A stretch of DNA of 64,000 nt, taken from an uncultured Planctomycetia bacterium. Its GTDB lineage: Bacteria > Omnitrophota > Gorgyraeia > 2-02-FULL-51-18. Below are positions 1 through 7,471 of the stretch, piece after piece (the first letter of the stretch is position 1; the number at the start of each line of letters is the position of its first letter). The position numbers were made by a program, and so were the translations under genes. The stretch covers positions 12,352-76,351 of the forward strand of contig CAYJVC010000002.1 of NCBI GenBank assembly GCA_964373505.1. The letters run 5' to 3'. The notes under the pieces were generated by a model, which was not told where the DNA came from, made no database searches, and saw only the letters and a program-made list of their open reading frames with translations.

Positions 1-81
1 CCATAAAATTTTATTTGCTCCTGTTTCCAGTGAGTATTTTGATATAGATCATTGAATAGGATGTCGCTTTGAGACGTTGTG

Positions 82-117
82 AAAAAAGCCCGATAAAAGA
101 TGATATCCGCATCGGGC
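82..117 (-). terminator. Putative intrinsic terminator after the doxX-sodC pair
   Basis: Minus-strand transcript reads GCCCGAT-16nt loop-ATCGGGC followed by UUUUUU, 17 nt downstream of the sodC stop; the long loop makes it only moderately convincing. Confidence 0.4.
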
Positions 118-133
118 ATGAAGAGACGGAACA

Positions 134-649
134 TTACTCCTGACTGATCAAACCGCAGGCGATGCGTCCGCCCGCGTTTCCTGTCGGCTGGGAGAAATCG
201 TCCTCCTTCTCGTGCAGGATCACGGCAAGGCCCCGGATGTCATAACGCGACCTTGACGCCAGTCCCAGATCCGGCATGTGGACCTTGAACGTCCCATGCC
301 CGTCGACATCCACGTCAAAGTTTCCCATGTCGCCCGGATGGGCGTGGAGCGGCGCGTCCTTGGGCGAAAAACCGTGAGGGTTGCCGCTGGGGTTGAAGTG
401 GCCTCCCGCCGCCTGCCCCTGGTCGGCGCAGGAACTTTTCTCATGGATGTGGAAACCGTGTTTGCCGGGCGGCGCGTTCCAGACCTCGCCGAGCACCACC
501 ACCCCGCCCTTTTCTTCGATGAACTTCACGGTGCCTTTGAGCCTGGAATCGGGAGCCGTGCCCTTCAGTTCCGCAACCGCAACACCCGCGTAGGCATTGG
601 CCGCCGTGAAAAGAATTGCCATCACCCATAACAACGTTTTTATTTTCAT
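134..649 (-). CDS. sodC: Periplasmic Cu/Zn superoxide dismutase
   Basis: 171 aa with an N-terminal signal peptide and the Cu/Zn SOD His-ligand motifs (GFHIHE, HFNP, HAHPGDMGN) and conserved C-terminal DDFSQP...GGRIACG. Confidence 0.9.
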   Translation of the reverse strand: MKIKTLLWVMAILFTAANAYAGVAVAELKGTAPDSRLKGTVKFIEEKGGVVVLGEVWNAPPGKHGFHIHEKSSCADQGQAAGGHFNPSGNPHGFSPKDAPLHAHPGDMGNFDVDVDGHGTFKVHMPDLGLASRSRYDIRGLAVILHEKEDDFSQPTGNAGGRIACGLISQE

Positions 650-1059
650 TTTTTCTCCATCTTGTTAAAAACTTTAAACAGAATTTTATCCAGGCTCCAC
701 TCCCCGCCTCCGAGGAGTATGAGAGCGCCGGATGCCGTCCAATAGGCAAGCGCCAACTCTTTCACTTGCAAAGGATCCTTTGAATGGGCAATGAAAGCGG
801 CCACGCTCATCGTCGAGAAAACAAAGAACGCGGCAATACGCGTCCCAAGGCCCAGCACGAGACAGAGTCCTCCCGCGAATTCTGACAAAGCCGCCGCCCA
901 CGCGAAAACCGCAGGCGCTGGAAAACCCATCGCGGCCACGCCTTCCGTAAGCTGCCCAACGTGCCCGCCAAAAACCTTGCCATGACCATGATAGGCGATG
1001 CCGGCGCCGGCCAGGACCCGGAGCCATAAAAGACCTGCGTTGTTCGCTATTTGATCCAT
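646..1059 (-). CDS. DoxX family membrane protein
   Basis: 137 aa, four hydrophobic helices, DoxX-like composition; ATGA overlap with sodC and AAGGAG SD before the ATG at 1059. Confidence 0.7.
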   Translation of the reverse strand: MDQIANNAGLLWLRVLAGAGIAYHGHGKVFGGHVGQLTEGVAAMGFPAPAVFAWAAALSEFAGGLCLVLGLGTRIAAFFVFSTMSVAAFIAHSKDPLQVKELALAYWTASGALILLGGGEWSLDKILFKVFNKMEKK

Positions 1060-1171
1060 AGCAACTCTCCTTCTCTTTCGTCTACATCAGGCCATGTCAA
1101 AAAGCAGGATCTGGGAATCGCTTTGGTTTCCGGATTTTGATCATAGGGATTTATTTTGGCTCTATTCTTCT

Positions 1172-2554
1172 CTAGAGGCAAGGGATTTTTTGAGATTTTT
1201 TTGCCGGACCGGTCCCGTTTACGTTTATATTCACACTCCACAAAGGAATCTTAAGCCGCTGTCTAAAAGTCTCGCCTTTTAGGAGGTTTTTCTTTCTGGG
1301 GGCCCAATCTCCCCGGTCGCCCAAGTGTTGGTTAAACTGTGTGAGGCGATCCGTTGAGCCGATATGCAAGGTGTGTTTGCCGTAAATAGAGTTCACTTCA
1401 TCCATGACTTTGGATAATTCTCTTAAAGCCTTGATGCGGCAAGTGTCTTCAAAAAGATCGTACTGTGTTTCTTTCTCGATCTCGAGGTTATTAAGAACGA
1501 TGCCGGTTTTTCGGTATTTGAGGGATGGGTCAAAAAGCTTGTCAAAAAGCCGAGACACCATCTCAACGGTTTCCAGCGTCGAGGCGGTGGGTCTCGAAAG
1601 CTCAGCACAAAGGCCTTTTCCCCGAAACTCCTCGTTCACAAGAAAGATGCTTAAAACTTTTGCCCTTAAACGGTGGCGTCTTAGTTTGATGAATGCAGAC
1701 TCAAGGTTTCTTAAAACTTGAGCTCTCACAAACTCTTTATCATTGGAGGCAGGTGTAAATGTCTTTGTCTTACTTAAGGTTACCCGGTCAGATTTGGGTT
1801 GGGTATTGATAGTGTAAACTGACTCCCCTCTTAATTCATGCCAGAGTTCGACTCCAATTTTTCCAAAGAGCTTCTTCGCGAAAATTTCGGGTCTCATAAT
1901 AAATTCGTACACGGTTTGGATCTCGTTCTTTTTTAGAAGTGCGACACTCGAAGGCCCAAAGCCGCAGACGCGCTCGGTTACAATGTTTTTAAGGTAATGG
2001 TGCAGGTCGTAGCCCTTGATACAGGTAAAGCCGGACGGTTTATTTTCTTTTGAGCAGATCTTGGCCAGGGATTTTGTGAGACTTAAACCCATAGAGACTG
2101 TAATCCCAAGCTCTGACTCAACAGCGTTTTTTATCTTAAGCGCTATCTCCTCATAAGAGGTGCGGTGGATACGCCGCAGGCCTGAGAGCTCCGCAAAGGC
2201 TTCATCAATAGAGTACTCTTCCACATCCGGTGTAAAGCGCCTCAAGATCCCATAGAACCTTTTTGAAAATAAAGAATAGGTCTCGTAGTCGCTGGGGAGG
2301 ATCACGGCATCGGGGCATATCTTTTTTACTTGAAATAGTCTCATGCCCCGGACAACTCCCCGCCTTTTAGCTTCATAGCTCATCGCCGAGGCGATCCCTC
2401 TTTCCTTGCCCGTGATGACGGGCCGGCCTTTGAGCTCCGGGTTCATCGCCTGCTCGACGCTTGCAAAAAATGCGTCGCAGTCCACATGAAGAATGGCCTT
2501 GGGGAGAGAATGAAGCGTTACCGGTTCCTTATTTGTATTTCCGAATGACGGCAA
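1172..2554 (-). CDS. Y-family (translesion) DNA polymerase, UmuC/DinB-like
   Basis: 460 aa; N-terminal ILHVDCDAFFASVE and SIDEAF catalytic acidic motifs typical of the Y-family palm; overlaps upstream lexA by 26 nt. The region is visibly AT-richer than its flanks. Confidence 0.8.
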   Translation of the reverse strand: MPSFGNTNKEPVTLHSLPKAILHVDCDAFFASVEQAMNPELKGRPVITGKERGIASAMSYEAKRRGVVRGMRLFQVKKICPDAVILPSDYETYSLFSKRFYGILRRFTPDVEEYSIDEAFAELSGLRRIHRTSYEEIALKIKNAVESELGITVSMGLSLTKSLAKICSKENKPSGFTCIKGYDLHHYLKNIVTERVCGFGPSSVALLKKNEIQTVYEFIMRPEIFAKKLFGKIGVELWHELRGESVYTINTQPKSDRVTLSKTKTFTPASNDKEFVRAQVLRNLESAFIKLRRHRLRAKVLSIFLVNEEFRGKGLCAELSRPTASTLETVEMVSRLFDKLFDPSLKYRKTGIVLNNLEIEKETQYDLFEDTCRIKALRELSKVMDEVNSIYGKHTLHIGSTDRLTQFNQHLGDRGDWAPRKKNLLKGETFRQRLKIPLWSVNINVNGTGPAKKSQKIPCL

Positions 2555-3110
2555 TGACGACTCCTCCGACGTTTAGTTCTTCTGTGGGCTTGATAGGCGG
2601 GTACTTCCTGTTGGCGGCCACGAGACGTACTTCCTTGCCCGCTTTCTCGTAGTATTTCATCGTCCACTCGTTGTCGACTTGGGCGATCACGATATCGCGG
2701 TGCTTGGGTTGTCGGCCGCGTTCCACCAAAACAAGGTCCCCTTCCTGAATCCCCGCCTCGATCATCGAATCGCCCGACACCTTTACCAGAAATGTCTGCT
2801 CGGGGTGTTTTATCAAGTACTCGTCAAGACTCATCGTATCAACAAGCTCTTCTTCGGCGGGGCTTGGCCATCCAGCCTGGATACTGCCGAGAAGCTTCAC
2901 ACCGCTCAAAGCATCTAAAAGGATCCGGCCCTTCGAATCCTTTTTTATGAAACCTTTTTTGATGAGTTTGTTGACGAGCTCGAAAGCAGCGTTTTTGGAT
3001 TTGTAGCCAAAAAGACGCGCTATCTCATAAAAGCTCGGGGGTCTATGGTGTTCACGGTAAAAAAAGCGAAGCTTGGCCAGCACTCCTGAGAAATTGATCT
3101 TATCCGGCAT
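2529..3110 (-). CDS. lexA: LexA repressor (wHTH plus S24 peptidase)
   Basis: 193 aa; N-terminal LexA DNA-binding domain (GYKSKNAAFELVNKLIKKGFI resembles E. coli [21 protein letters not shown]); C-terminal S24 domain with the Ser nucleophile in VSGDSM and a downstream Lys. Confidence 0.8.
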   Translation of the reverse strand: MPDKINFSGVLAKLRFFYREHHRPPSFYEIARLFGYKSKNAAFELVNKLIKKGFIKKDSKGRILLDALSGVKLLGSIQAGWPSPAEEELVDTMSLDEYLIKHPEQTFLVKVSGDSMIEAGIQEGDLVLVERGRQPKHRDIVIAQVDNEWTMKYYEKAGKEVRLVAANRKYPPIKPTEELNVGGVVIAVIRKYK

Positions 3111-3158
3111 GTTAAGTACCCTTCCGGATAAGAATATACTGGACGAACGTTCAGTCTG

Positions 3159-3827
3159 TCAAGAGATAGGTTTAATGCAGGCTTCGGTGTCGTTTTGGGG
3201 AGCGTTGACAATTTTTGAAACCGGGTAGGCTTCCATTTCTTTTGGAGGATAAGATTTGAGAAGTGTCGTGAGGACTGTCCCCTCTTTATTCTCAGGGTCA
3301 AGCCAGGCGTCACGCGCTTCACCGTCTAAGATCACGGGCATGCGGTTATGGATCTTCTCCATGAGAGCATTGGGCGCGCAGGTGATGATGGCGCAGGTTT
3401 TTAATTCCTCGCCTTTTGGGTTTTTCCAATGCGACCAAAGGCCTGCAAAGGTAAAAGGCTCGTTTGATTTTAAGTGAATGAAATAAGGTTGTTTACCCCT
3501 GGCGTCTTCGGCCCATTCATAGAATCCATCGGCGAGAATGAGGCAACGGTGCTTGTTGAAGAGACCCTTGAAGCTTGGTTTCTCGGATAGGGTCTCCGCG
3601 CGGGCGTTGATCATGCGGGCACCGATGGTTTCGTCTTTGGACCATGAAGGGATCAAACCCCAACGTAGAAGCTCTATATGGCGTTCTTTTTCGTTCAGAA
3701 TAGCTGCAATCTTATTGGATGGAGCAATATTGTAGCAAGGCTTAAGCAGATCAACTTCTTCCTGCTTGATCTTTAGGTCTTTGGCTTTGACTTTTTTAGG
3801 TTCGGAGAGAATGAACCGGCCGCACAT
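3159..3827 (-). CDS. SOS response-associated peptidase (SRAP, YedK/HMCES family)
   Basis: 222 aa beginning MCGRF with the invariant Cys2 nucleophile; first gene of a 3-gene operon with lexA and the Y-family polymerase. Confidence 0.85.
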   Translation of the reverse strand: MCGRFILSEPKKVKAKDLKIKQEEVDLLKPCYNIAPSNKIAAILNEKERHIELLRWGLIPSWSKDETIGARMINARAETLSEKPSFKGLFNKHRCLILADGFYEWAEDARGKQPYFIHLKSNEPFTFAGLWSHWKNPKGEELKTCAIITCAPNALMEKIHNRMPVILDGEARDAWLDPENKEGTVLTTLLKSYPPKEMEAYPVSKIVNAPQNDTEACIKPIS

Positions 3828-3947
3828 TTACTTATCGATGCTTTGTTTTTTCAGACATTCTGCGCACTTGGCGTGGGTCTCGGAGGGATCATCGTATGGC
3901 TCTTTTTCACCTATGATTTTTTTGCACCAGGAGCAGATGATTTTCAT
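3828..3947 (-). CDS. Small zinc-ribbon peptide (39 aa) immediately upstream of and abutting SRAP
   Basis: Own translation of an ORF below the ORF-track cutoff: MKIICSWCKKIIGEKEPYDDPSETHAKCAECLKKQSIDK with CxxC...CxxC; its stop TAA is directly followed by the SRAP ATG (TAAATG). No clear SD, so expression is uncertain. Confidence 0.3.
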   Translation of the reverse strand: MKIICSWCKKIIGEKEPYDDPSETHAKCAECLKKQSIDK

Positions 3948-4018
3948 TTATACGATTTATCACATGTAGTCAAGGAAAGATTTGACCTGGTTATGACCCG
4001 TTTACAGTATATTTAAAA

Positions 4019-4405
4019 TGGTGGAGGCGGCGAGAATTGAACTCGCGTCTCCGGCACCCGCACCTGAAGCTTCTACATGCTTAGCGGGTTCTTTGGATGT
4101 CCCCTCCAAGCTCGAACTCGCGCGATCTTAAAGGGTGAGCCCCATGTCAAATCTCGTCGAACGGGCCAAGAGCGCGCCCGAATGACCAGCCCACTGTCGA
4201 CGCCCGACCTCATCCCGCAGGCGTGGATGAGCGGACGGTAGCCGTTATTAGGCGGCTAGCGGTAACGCCATAGGTGCCATGAAGGGCACCCGCACGATGT
4301 TCGTGTTTTTAGCGTTTGATTTGTGCCAGGTGTTTAAGGAGGCCTCCCGACAACCTCCGCATGCTGCACTCAGATCAAAGAGCCGGATCGAAACCGATCG
4401 CCCCC
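4019..4405 (-). ncRNA. ssrA: tmRNA (SsrA)
   Basis: Minus strand begins GGGGGCGAUCGGUUUCGAUCC (tRNA-like 5' end) and ends GAGUUCAAUUCUCGCCGCCUCCACCA (T-arm, acceptor, CCA). An internal tag ORF ends ...CCG CUA GCC GCC UAA UAA (peptide ending PLAA). smpB lies immediately upstream. Confidence 0.85.
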
Positions 4406-4484
4406 TTGAATTCCAGCGTTAAGCGTTAAGTAGTAAGCGATAAGCAGCAGATTTTACTTATCGCTTAACGCTTACCCCTTATCG

Positions 4485-4961
4485 CTACTTTCTATTCCTG
4501 TTCTTCACCGCCCGGTCGATGTCCCGTTCGGCATCGCGTTTCTTGATGTCCGTGCGCTTGTCCCAAAGCTTTTTCCCCTTCGCGACCGCCAGCTCCACCT
4601 TCGCGATCCCGCGTTTGTTGAAATAGAGCTTGAGCGGAATGAGCGTCAGGCCCCGCTCGACCGTCTTGGACCTCAATTTTTCTATCTGAGAACGATGAAG
4701 AAGGAGCTTCCGGTCGCGCGTGGGCTCATCCGGATTCTCGCGGTTGCCCATCTCGTAGGGCGCAATGTAGAGATTATACAGGAACAGCTCGTCCCCTTCA
4801 AGGCGCGCGAAACTGCCCGCCAGGCTCGCCTTGTGGTCGCGCAGGGATTTGACCTCACAGCCCGAGAGCATGAGGCCCGCCTCGAGCGTCTCGAGGACAA
4901 AGTAATCCCGCCGGGCCTCGTGGTGAGTGACAATAACAGGGTCTTCCCTCTTCCCTTTCAC
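4485..4961 (-). CDS. smpB: SsrA-binding protein SmpB
   Basis: 158 aa alignable to E. coli SmpB (VIVTHHEARRDYFVLETLEAGLMLSGCEVKSLR resembles [34 protein letters not shown]) with a basic C-terminal tail. The GTG start at 4961 lies inside the repeat arm described in the findings. Confidence 0.9.
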   Translation of the reverse strand: MKGKREDPVIVTHHEARRDYFVLETLEAGLMLSGCEVKSLRDHKASLAGSFARLEGDELFLYNLYIAPYEMGNRENPDEPTRDRKLLLHRSQIEKLRSKTVERGLTLIPLKLYFNKRGIAKVELAVAKGKKLWDKRTDIKKRDAERDIDRAVKNRNRK

Positions 4962-5050
4962 CCCATCCCCTCTGTCACCCCATCCCCTAATTTCTTCGAT
5001 TGCTTTGCAATCGGTCCGCCTCCGGCGGACAAATCAGGGGATGGGGTCAT
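4959..5050 (-). repeat. TIR-bounded element copy 1 (ACCCCATCCCCT ... AGGGGATGGGGT)
   Basis: 12 bp perfect inverted arms, left arm present twice in tandem (4959-4971, 4976-4988) and right arm at 5036-5047. Internal hairpins are GATTGC-TTT-GCAATC and CCGCC-TCC-GGCGG. A second copy is at 34206-34320. Confidence 0.6.
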
Positions 5051-5121
5051 GGCGTTACTATAACACACACGGATGGGCTTGAAAATTGCCAATAAAACGG
5101 GGCGTCTGCTACAATGGGCGG

Positions 5122-5493
5122 ATGAAAAAAAGCTTCTTTTTACTGGTGCTGATCGCCGGCGCCGCAGCTTGTTCGACCGCCCAAGCCGCTCTTGGGTCGG
5201 TCAGCGAAGAAAGATTGAGCGAGCTTGAAGCACTGCACGCGAAAGCCGAGGGCCAGATCACGCAGAACGACTTCCCAGCCGCTATCCGAACCTATGAGGA
5301 CATCCTGCTCGTCGAGCCCGACGACGAAACCGCCTACACCAACCTCGGCCGGATCTACATGATCCTCGGAGACACCCGAAGAGCCGGAGAGTGCTTTGAG
5401 AACGCGCTCCACATCAACCCTGAAAATGAGACAGCACTTTTCGGCCTCGAAAAGATAAGGGATCCGGACGCCGGCGCCCTACCTGTGGCTTGA
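5122..5493 (+). CDS. Secreted TPR-repeat protein
   Basis: ORF-track ORF starts at TTG 5086. ATG at 5122 gives MKKSFFLLVLIAGAAACSTAQA signal peptide followed by TPR-like repeats (AYTNLGRIYMILGD, ENALHINPENE). TTGCCA-18-TACAAT upstream would place the TSS at the ATG (possibly leaderless). 3' end overlaps the convergent GGDEF gene by 15 nt. Confidence 0.6.
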   Translation: MKKSFFLLVLIAGAAACSTAQAALGSVSEERLSELEALHAKAEGQITQNDFPAAIRTYEDILLVEPDDETAYTNLGRIYMILGDTRRAGECFENALHINPENETALFGLEKIRDPDAGALPVA

Positions 5494-7155
5494 TTTGTCC
5501 AGAAAAAGATCCTTATCGGCGTCCTCGATCAGGCGCTGGGGGTCCGGCGGGTAGCGGGGATCCTTCGCAGGGTCAAAAGAAGCCACGCCGATGCTGACCG
5601 ATGAGTCGCAAAGCGCAGGCTCCAGCGTCTTGACCATCGCCTGGTAAGAGGCTCGTAAGCGTTCGCGGTAGTTCTTCGCCTCTTCAAGGTTCGAATGCCA
5701 CAGAAGGACCATGAACTCATCTCCGCCGTATCTCGAAACAATGTCATAACGGCGGGCGCTTTCCTGGATCACCCGCGCCGCGTGCCGGATCATTTCATTG
5801 CCGACCTCGTGACCGAGCGTATCGTTGATCTGCTTGAAGCGGTCGAGGTCCGTCATCACGATAGACAGGGGCGCCTTGGCGCGCAAACACCGCTTCCATT
5901 CCTCCTCGAGGCATTCCCGAAGGTATTCATACTTATAGAGGCCCGTGAGCTTGTCATGGATCACCTTGGTCTCGAGGCCTTTATTTTCCAGAAGAAGTTT
6001 CAAGGAATTGGCGAAGAACCCGCCGAGCGTCGCCAGGAACGGCCCAAATAAAAGCGGAAAAGGCTCCATCACGGTGTCGTTGGCGAAAAGAAGCTGCGCG
6101 CCGATGAAAAGGCCTACGATCGCGGTCACGGACCCCACGAGGCTCAGCCAAAATCTCCTCAAAAGATAAAGCGCAAGCACGCAAAGGCCGATGAGCCATG
6201 CGATCACAAGCGTCACCCGGTCCGGCACGAAGCGCAGCATGCGGCCGGATAAGATCGAAATGAACTCGTTGGCGTGGATCCCGATACCCGACATGATCCC
6301 AAAAGGCGTCGGGTGCATGTCGGAAAAAAGCGACGAGCGTAGGCCCACGAGCACTGTTTTATCCCGCACCTCCGAGGCCGAGAGCTTTCCCTCCACCACT
6401 TTCCACGCCGGGATCTTCACAAGATCAGATTCGTTCGCGATGTAATTGATCGTGGTGCTTCCGTTAGGGTCCAAAAAGACCGCGCGGCGCGGCGCCCTTC
6501 CCACCGTCACAAGTCCTAAGATCCGGTCGTAGCGGGCGTCGTGGGACGGGTCCGGGCCCGAAAAAGCGGCCACGAGTTGCAAAGGGAACGAACTTTCGAA
6601 AAGCTCCGTTCCCGCGTTCTGCTTGACATACGGGCGGACCAAATACGAGCGCCTTATCACAAGATCCGGGTCCACGATCTTTTCAAGATAGCCGATCCGT
6701 GAGGCCGACTCGGCGATCAGGGGGCTTGGTTTGACCAGGCGGTTTTTTTCGTCGAACGTGGCCCCGACCACCGTGTTGCCGTGGCTCTTCAAGGCCCGCG
6801 CGAGCGCGAGGCTCGAATCGTTCGCGCCGTCCTCCAGGCCCGCGAATGACACGTTGAGGCCAACGAGCCTGGCGCCACGTGACGTGAGGTTGTCGATCAT
6901 CTGGGCAAAGACCGTGCGCGACCACGGCCAGCGGGCGTTGAGTTTTTGGCAGGACTCCTCGTCGATCGAGACGATCACAAGTTCCTTCAACAATTCCGGC
7001 CCGGACGACGAGAGATGCCGTATCTTAAAGAAAACATCGCGGGTGTTCAGCGTGAGTTTTTGGATGGTTTCGGACGACTCGAAATAAAACGGGAGGATCC
7101 AGTAGATGGCCGAAAAAACGATCAAAACGGCGGCCGGGTATGTGTATTTTTTCAT
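5479..7155 (-). CDS. CHASE2 sensor domain diguanylate cyclase (GGDEF)
   Basis: 558 aa; N-terminal extracytoplasmic CHASE2-like region flanked by TM helices; C-terminal GGDEF domain with RYGGDEF active-site motif. Confidence 0.85.
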   Translation of the reverse strand: MKKYTYPAAVLIVFSAIYWILPFYFESSETIQKLTLNTRDVFFKIRHLSSSGPELLKELVIVSIDEESCQKLNARWPWSRTVFAQMIDNLTSRGARLVGLNVSFAGLEDGANDSSLALARALKSHGNTVVGATFDEKNRLVKPSPLIAESASRIGYLEKIVDPDLVIRRSYLVRPYVKQNAGTELFESSFPLQLVAAFSGPDPSHDARYDRILGLVTVGRAPRRAVFLDPNGSTTINYIANESDLVKIPAWKVVEGKLSASEVRDKTVLVGLRSSLFSDMHPTPFGIMSGIGIHANEFISILSGRMLRFVPDRVTLVIAWLIGLCVLALYLLRRFWLSLVGSVTAIVGLFIGAQLLFANDTVMEPFPLLFGPFLATLGGFFANSLKLLLENKGLETKVIHDKLTGLYKYEYLRECLEEEWKRCLRAKAPLSIVMTDLDRFKQINDTLGHEVGNEMIRHAARVIQESARRYDIVSRYGGDEFMVLLWHSNLEEAKNYRERLRASYQAMVKTLEPALCDSSVSIGVASFDPAKDPRYPPDPQRLIEDADKDLFLDKSSHR

Positions 7156-7162
7156 AAAGGCG

Positions 7163-7244
7163 TGCGGAAGGAGAGATTTGAACTCTCAACCCTTTCGGGA
7201 CTAGCTTCTGAGACTAGCGCGTATGCCAATTCCGCCACTTCCGC
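7163..7244 (-). tRNA. tRNA-Leu (anticodon CAG)
   Basis: Hand-folded 82 nt cloverleaf GCGGAAG-UG-GCGGAAUUGGCAUACGCGC-UAGUC-CUCAGAA-GCUAG-variable arm-GAGAGUUCAAAUCUCUC-CUUCCGC-A; anticodon loop CUCAGAA gives anticodon CAG; type II variable arm; no encoded CCA. Confidence 0.8.
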
Positions 7245-7324
7245 TTAAGGAATTTGATTTTATCTTATTCAGTAAGCAAAGTACAGTGAGGTCCTTCGAC
7301 TCGCCCTTCGGGCTCGCTCAGGAT

Positions 7325-7378
7325 GGTTCGACGCGCAGGCTTGTGGTGAGCAAGGCGACGCAGTCGCCGCGTCGAACC
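7325..7378 (-). other. Nested long hairpin between the tRNA-Leu copy fragment and tRNA-Leu(CAG)
   Basis: GGTTCGACGCG ... CGCGTCGAACC perfect 11-12 bp inverted repeat enclosing the GGCGAC-TGC-GTCGCC hairpin; non-coding. Confidence 0.5.
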
Positions 7379-7380
7379 AC

Positions 7381-7439
7381 TTCTGAGACCTGCGCGTATG
7401 CCAATTCCCTGCCTGCCGGCAGGCAGGCGCCACTTCCGC
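7381..7439 (-). pseudogene. Degenerate 5'-half copy of tRNA-Leu(CAG) with a 20 bp palindromic insertion
   Basis: Minus strand reads GCGGAAGUGGCG[CCUGCCUGCCGGCAGGCAGG]GAAUUGGCAUACGCGCAGGUCUCAGAAG. It is identical to the first 38 nt of the intact tRNA except for the insertion and two substitutions, and lacks the variable arm, T-arm and acceptor 3' strand. Confidence 0.6.
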
Positions 7440-7471
7440 GAGTCGTGTGATTAAAGTATTATTTAATGAAA

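Noticed and set aside
3948-4018. LexA operator upstream of the SOS cassette
   Set aside because: Several palindromes are present (GTCAA-N9-TTGAC, ACATGT, GGTTATGACC) but none matches a known LexA-box class convincingly, and the phylum is unknown, so no operator was called.
4019-4484. Genomic-island boundary (direct repeat of the ssrA 3' end) downstream of the SOS cassette
   Set aside because: No copy of the tmRNA 3' terminal 20-30 nt was found near 1060-1200, and no integrase gene is present, so the island hypothesis stays an inference only.
4959-5050. Integron attC site or prophage att site for the ACCCCATCCCCT element
   Set aside because: The arms lack the attC R-prime/R-double-prime cores (GTTRRRY/RYYYAAC). 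No integrase is nearby, and the copies are not flanking any inserted cargo.
5086-5121. TTG start at 5086 for the plus-strand TPR protein
   Set aside because: The extra 12 residues (MPIKRGVCYNGR) precede a textbook signal peptide that begins at the ATG at 5122; a candidate promoter also places the TSS at 5122.
7223-7450. 75 aa plus-strand ORF spanning the tRNA-Leu region
   Set aside because: It overlaps the tRNA-Leu(CAG) gene and its degenerate copy on the opposite strand; the apparent reading frame is a by-product of the structured RNA/repeat sequence.
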